From the NCBI GenBank assembly GCA_965208835.1, contig OZ242358.1, forward strand, positions 4,352,001 through 4,416,000: DNA of 64,000 bases, given 5' to 3'. Positions 60,167 to 64,000 of the stretch are shown in pieces. A program made the position numbers and the translations under genes. The DNA comes from Candidatus Latescibacterota bacterium (GTDB lineage: Bacteria > Latescibacterota > UBA2968 > GCA-2709665). Position 1 is the stretch's first letter. Each line of letters begins with the position of its first letter. Under the pieces are notes generated by a model. The model was not told the origin of the DNA. It made no database searches and was given only the letters and a program-made list of their open reading frames with translations.

Positions 60167-62140
60167 ATGACATCAATAGAGAAAGTTGAATTCATCGCCA
60201 TTCTCATCTTGCTGATATTGGTTGCATTCGTTCCGACTGGTTCGGTCGCGCAGGGAGATCGTACGACACGACAAGGGACCACCGTCGGTTCCAATGGGCA
60301 TGACGCGACGTATCTGCCGGATTTCGACGGCGACGAGACGGTCGGCTTTGGTGATTTTTTACAGTTCGCGGCGAAATTTGGACGAAGTGAAGGTGATGAC
60401 GGATATGAAGCCCGGTTCGATCTGAACGGCGACGGGGAAATTGGGTTTTCGGACTTTTTGATCTTTGCGCAGAGCTTCGGGAAGGACTTTTCATTCGGGA
60501 TGCTCCTGCCCTGGGACCTGTCCGGAATCGTGCCGATCGAATCGGTCCGGTCTACACCCGAAGGTACGCGTATTTACATGCGGACGGAGTTTGCCATCGG
60601 CGCATTCGTCGACCTGCAGATGGAGTTCATCCAGGTCGTGGATGATTTTCTGCCGCCCATGCCGGTCTATATGGTGAAAGCCTCCGATTCCTTGCTGGTG
60701 GCCGCGGGAGGCCTCGCCAGGGGCATGAGCGGTTCCCCCATTTTTTCGGCGCAGGGCGTCTGGGGCGCGATCGCTTACGGCTTTAACGCCCAGGACAGCC
60801 CGCCCTACTACTTTTTCGCCACTCCCATCGAATGGGTGATCGGCGACAGGGGAATGGTCCCATTGGCTAAGACCTCATCCGTCTGGGGTGGAAGCGGCAT
60901 CGTACCTCTTGATGTACCGATCGTCAGTACAGGTCTCAACCGCACCCGGTTAACCCCGCAAGGGCGTCCGTCGATCCTGAACGATGCGATCTCGGCCGGT
61001 TTGACCAAGGACCGCCAGACGAGTTTTGCGCCTGGCAGGCCGCTGGCGGTGGCTTTGCTGCTGGGCGAACTGACACTCGGCGGTCTCGGAACCATCTCCT
61101 TCGTTGACGGCGACCGGGTGTATGGTTTCGGACACTCAATGTTCAAAGCGGGACCGGTGGCGCTTCCGATTATCGAAGCAACGGCAGCCGGAGGGAACTC
61201 CAATTTGCAGGCGCCGTACAAATTCGCAACGCTGAATCCTACGGTACGGGGAACGCTTACCGAAGACCGTGTTCCGGCGGTCCGGGGCATTATGGATGAA
61301 GCGCCTGACCTGGCGCAGATCAAGAGTGTGTATTCGTTTCCGACGGCCGGAGAAGTTGAGCTCTTGCATATGATTCCCACAGTTGGCGTGAGTCCGGATA
61401 TGTCCATCGATCTGGTCGCGGGCGCGTTCTTCATACCGCTGTCCAACCGGATCGAACTGCAATCGGACCGCAGCATGCGCATTGCTGCGTATGTTTCTTT
61501 TGACGGCTCCGATTCCACGCTTTCACGTTCGCGACTCTACGCCTCGCCCGAAGGACGGCTCGGTTCGTTGATCCGGTTCGCGTTCGCCGACATTTCCTCG
61601 GCACTCTCAGCTCTGATGATAAGGGACGACTACGCATTACACGTGACCGATGCCTCCGTGCAAGTGGAAGTGATCGCAGAACCCCGTTTCGCCAGGGTCT
61701 TTGGAGTGTCCGCGGACACAGTCGCCAGCCCCGGCGACACGCTGGCCGTTACCGCTTTGTTACGGGTGGGACGCCGGATCGATCGGGAGGTCGAACTGGC
61801 GTTTGGGGTTCCCGAAGCGTTTCCGCCGGGCGTCTACCTGCTCGAGGCGGGTTCGGCCGCGGCGCTCGGGGACGCTGCAGGTGGACCCGGATTCGGCCGC
61901 CTGCGACGTGACGAGACACTCGAAGAAGCCTTTGAGAGGGTCAACAGCGAAGACGACAACGTGGTCTTGAAAGTCCGGCTGACGTTCGATATGCCGCTCG
62001 GATCGCCGGGGGGTCAGCGTCCCCCACCCGGCAAAGAGGGAGGCATCAGACCGTCCGTTTCAATCCGTAAGAATGTCGATCTGTTCCTGCAGGGTTCAGT
62101 GAGCAAGTCCATAAGGGTCGTCGTACCGGAAGGGCCGTGA
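60167..62140 (+). CDS. Secreted EF-hand/dockerin-like plus SpoIVB (S55) peptidase-like protein
   Basis: Signal peptide; DFDGDETVGFGDFLQFA..FDLNGDGEIGFSDF; GMSGSP, ATPIE, GT.S.VDG..VYGFGH. Confidence 0.8.
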   Translation: MTSIEKVEFIAILILLILVAFVPTGSVAQGDRTTRQGTTVGSNGHDATYLPDFDGDETVGFGDFLQFAAKFGRSEGDDGYEARFDLNGDGEIGFSDFLIFAQSFGKDFSFGMLLPWDLSGIVPIESVRSTPEGTRIYMRTEFAIGAFVDLQMEFIQVVDDFLPPMPVYMVKASDSLLVAAGGLARGMSGSPIFSAQGVWGAIAYGFNAQDSPPYYFFATPIEWVIGDRGMVPLAKTSSVWGGSGIVPLDVPIVSTGLNRTRLTPQGRPSILNDAISAGLTKDRQTSFAPGRPLAVALLLGELTLGGLGTISFVDGDRVYGFGHSMFKAGPVALPIIEATAAGGNSNLQAPYKFATLNPTVRGTLTEDRVPAVRGIMDEAPDLAQIKSVYSFPTAGEVELLHMIPTVGVSPDMSIDLVAGAFFIPLSNRIELQSDRSMRIAAYVSFDGSDSTLSRSRLYASPEGRLGSLIRFAFADISSALSALMIRDDYALHVTDASVQVEVIAEPRFARVFGVSADTVASPGDTLAVTALLRVGRRIDREVELAFGVPEAFPPGVYLLEAGSAAALGDAAGGPGFGRLRRDETLEEAFERVNSEDDNVVLKVRLTFDMPLGSPGGQRPPPGKEGGIRPSVSIRKNVDLFLQGSVSKSIRVVVPEGP

Positions 62141-62674
62141 CGTATCGAGCGGATCTGTACAGACATCCCCGTGTGTGAGGGCTTAGACCTTTTCAAGAGA
62201 AAAGATCGGTCTGCGCGGCGGCAACGGTTGTCCGGCCTGCATGCATTGAAGGAGTCAGGAAGTTGAAACCACCTCATCCTTCGTGATGGAATCCACGTAC
62301 GACACGTATGAATTCGCCTGTGACTCACCGCGATGGCGGCCGTACAGGCAAACCCAAGCAACGCTTGGCCCGGACGCCGAGAGTTTGACCGACACGAACG
62401 CGAGAATCACCGTCCGGACTGCCTCCGGCGCTTGTGGTAACTGATCACCTTTAGCCTTGCGGCGGCGGAAATCAGCGGTGAAACGCGTCTTCGCGCCTCT
62501 CAATCGTGGCCGCGGGTTCCCCGGAACCGACGCCAAATACTCCCCGAGACCGGAGGCGTCGCCCGGCCCCGCGGCCCGGTTGGCTTGCGGCCGCCCAACT
62601 GTCGCAGATTGCGACGGTTCTGTCCATTCGCACTAATCTACCGGCGCCGGTAGTCCCGATAAAGGAGAGAGTCC

Positions 62675-64000
62675 ATGCTGAATATCAGATATCCGGAACG
62701 CCGTTCTGTTAACCGCCGAATCGGTTTGGGGCGGGCCTCCTGCCTCGTGATGGTGTGCGTTGTCCAGATGCTTTGTCCTCCGCCGGTATCGGCCCAGGAA
62801 AGCTTCTCAGTGTCTGCGGACGTAGATAACGCGGCACAAGATCAGGGTTTCACGGCCATGGAGGCATCCCCGGAAGCGGCGGTTTCCATCCAGGTCTTCG
62901 CAACCAACGTCGGGCAAGCACAGGGCCTTTCGATTCGCATCGTCTACGACGGCGGCCAGGTCGTATACGACGGCGCCGAACCCGGCGACCTGTTTCCCGA
63001 TGCCCGGTTGGCTGAGCAGACCGGAACAAGCCCGACCTCTGTCACCCTGGAGATCACTTCGCAGGACGGGCGGGTTTCCGCTGCGGCCGGTCTTGCGGCA
63101 ACGGTCGGGTTTCGCACGACGGATGCGTTTACGGGCACCACCATCCGCATCGTCGAAGCAACGGTGGACCGCGGCGCGCAGCAGGAGACTTTGATGCCCG
63201 ATGTAGAGATCGCGCTGCATCCGCCCTCGGCGGGTCCATCCGCTGATTTCGACGGCAACGGAATCGTGGGTTTTCCCGATTTCGTGCTGTTCGTGTCGCA
63301 CTTCGGATCGACAGAGGGCGAAGCCGGGTATGACGCGGGATTCGATCTGGATGCCGATGGATCCGTGGGGTTTGCCGACTTTCTCGTATTTGCAGGCCAA
63401 TTCGGCCGAAGCGTACCGGCGCCGTCGCCGGACCGCGACGCGCTGGTCGCGTTGTACGACGCGACAGGCGGGTATAACTGGGCCACACAGACCAACTGGC
63501 TGACGGATAACCCAGTTTCCACGTGGCATGGCGTCACGGTGGCAGATGGTCGCGTCACGGGGTTAAGCCTGCCTCAAAACAACCTGACAGGCGCGATTCC
63601 TTCCGAATTGGGAAACCTCGCCAACCTGACCGCTCTGAATCTTCACCAGAACCGGTTGACGGGGGGGATCCCGTCCGTTCTGAGCAACCTGGTTAACTTG
63701 ACGGTTCTGAATCTTAACCAGAATCAGTTGACGGGGGGGATTCCGTCCGAATTGGGCAATCTGGTTAACCTTACGGATCTGAACCTTAACCAGAACCAAC
63801 TGACAGGTGGGATCCCGTCCAATCTGGGCAATCTGGTTAAGCTGATGGTTCTGAATTTTCACCAGAACATGTTGACGGGCGGGATCCCGGCCGAATTGGG
63901 CAACCTGGTTAACCTGACCGATCTGGGTCTTCACCAGAACCTGTTGAACGGGGGCATTCCGTCCGAATTGGGCAATCTGATTAACCTGACGGATCTGAAT
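62675..64000 (+). CDS. Secreted cohesin-like, EF-hand/dockerin-like, plant-type LRR protein (runs off the window; absent from the ORF track)
   Basis: RBS AAGGAG, MLNIRYP..; DFDGNGIVGFPDF; DRDALVALYDATGG.NW...W.GVT cap; 24-aa L.L..N.LTG.IPSELGNL repeats. Confidence 0.88.
   Translation, partial: MLNIRYPERRSVNRRIGLGRASCLVMVCVVQMLCPPPVSAQESFSVSADVDNAAQDQGFTAMEASPEAAVSIQVFATNVGQAQGLSIRIVYDGGQVVYDGAEPGDLFPDARLAEQTGTSPTSVTLEITSQDGRVSAAAGLAATVGFRTTDAFTGTTIRIVEATVDRGAQQETLMPDVEIALHPPSAGPSADFDGNGIVGFPDFVLFVSHFGSTEGEAGYDAGFDLDADGSVGFADFLVFAGQFGRSVPAPSPDRDALVALYDATGGYNWATQTNWLTDNPVSTWHGVTVADGRVTGLSLPQNNLTGAIPSELGNLANLTALNLHQNRLTGGIPSVLSNLVNLTVLNLNQNQLTGGIPSELGNLVNLTDLNLNQNQLTGGIPSNLGNLVKLMVLNFHQNMLTGGIPAELGNLVNLTDLGLHQNLLNGGIPSELGNLINLTDLN

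Noticed and set aside
63560-64000. 72-bp tandem repeats as a CRISPR array
   Set aside because: They are coding 24-aa LRR units without unique spacers. No CRISPR array or cas gene was seen in the window.

Overview
High-GC bacterial chromosome segment. The secreted proteins with EF-hand/dockerin-like tags and LRRs recall Latescibacterota/Poribacteria-type sponge symbionts (inference). Housekeeping genes include lptD, tRNA-Leu(TAG), lysA, trmB, an AttEFGH-like ABC/lipocalin set, and selD with an in-frame UGA plus SECIS hairpin. The main accessory locus (about 10.1-32.5 kb, minus strand) has four double-glycine-leader peptides with an unusual LPxR leader motif and anionic cores, four CPBP/Abi membrane proteases, a DUF3267 zincin, a cNMP-C39 peptidase ABC exporter and a PpiC-type protein. 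Two sigma-54 promoters in this locus have matching upstream dyads. The exporter and PPIase are both truncated, and between them lies a lower-GC, roughly 12.8 kb defence island: type IIG RM, SIR2-STAND-TPR (Avs-like), orphan m4C MTase, SIR2 plus DUF262, and AbiJ-HEPN. Also present are two unexplained structured-RNA candidates, miniature inverted-repeat elements, a duplicated hybrid-kinase/promoter module in front of secreted proteins, and a gene broken by a 26-nt inverted self-copy. All family calls are by motif recognition; no database searches were run.
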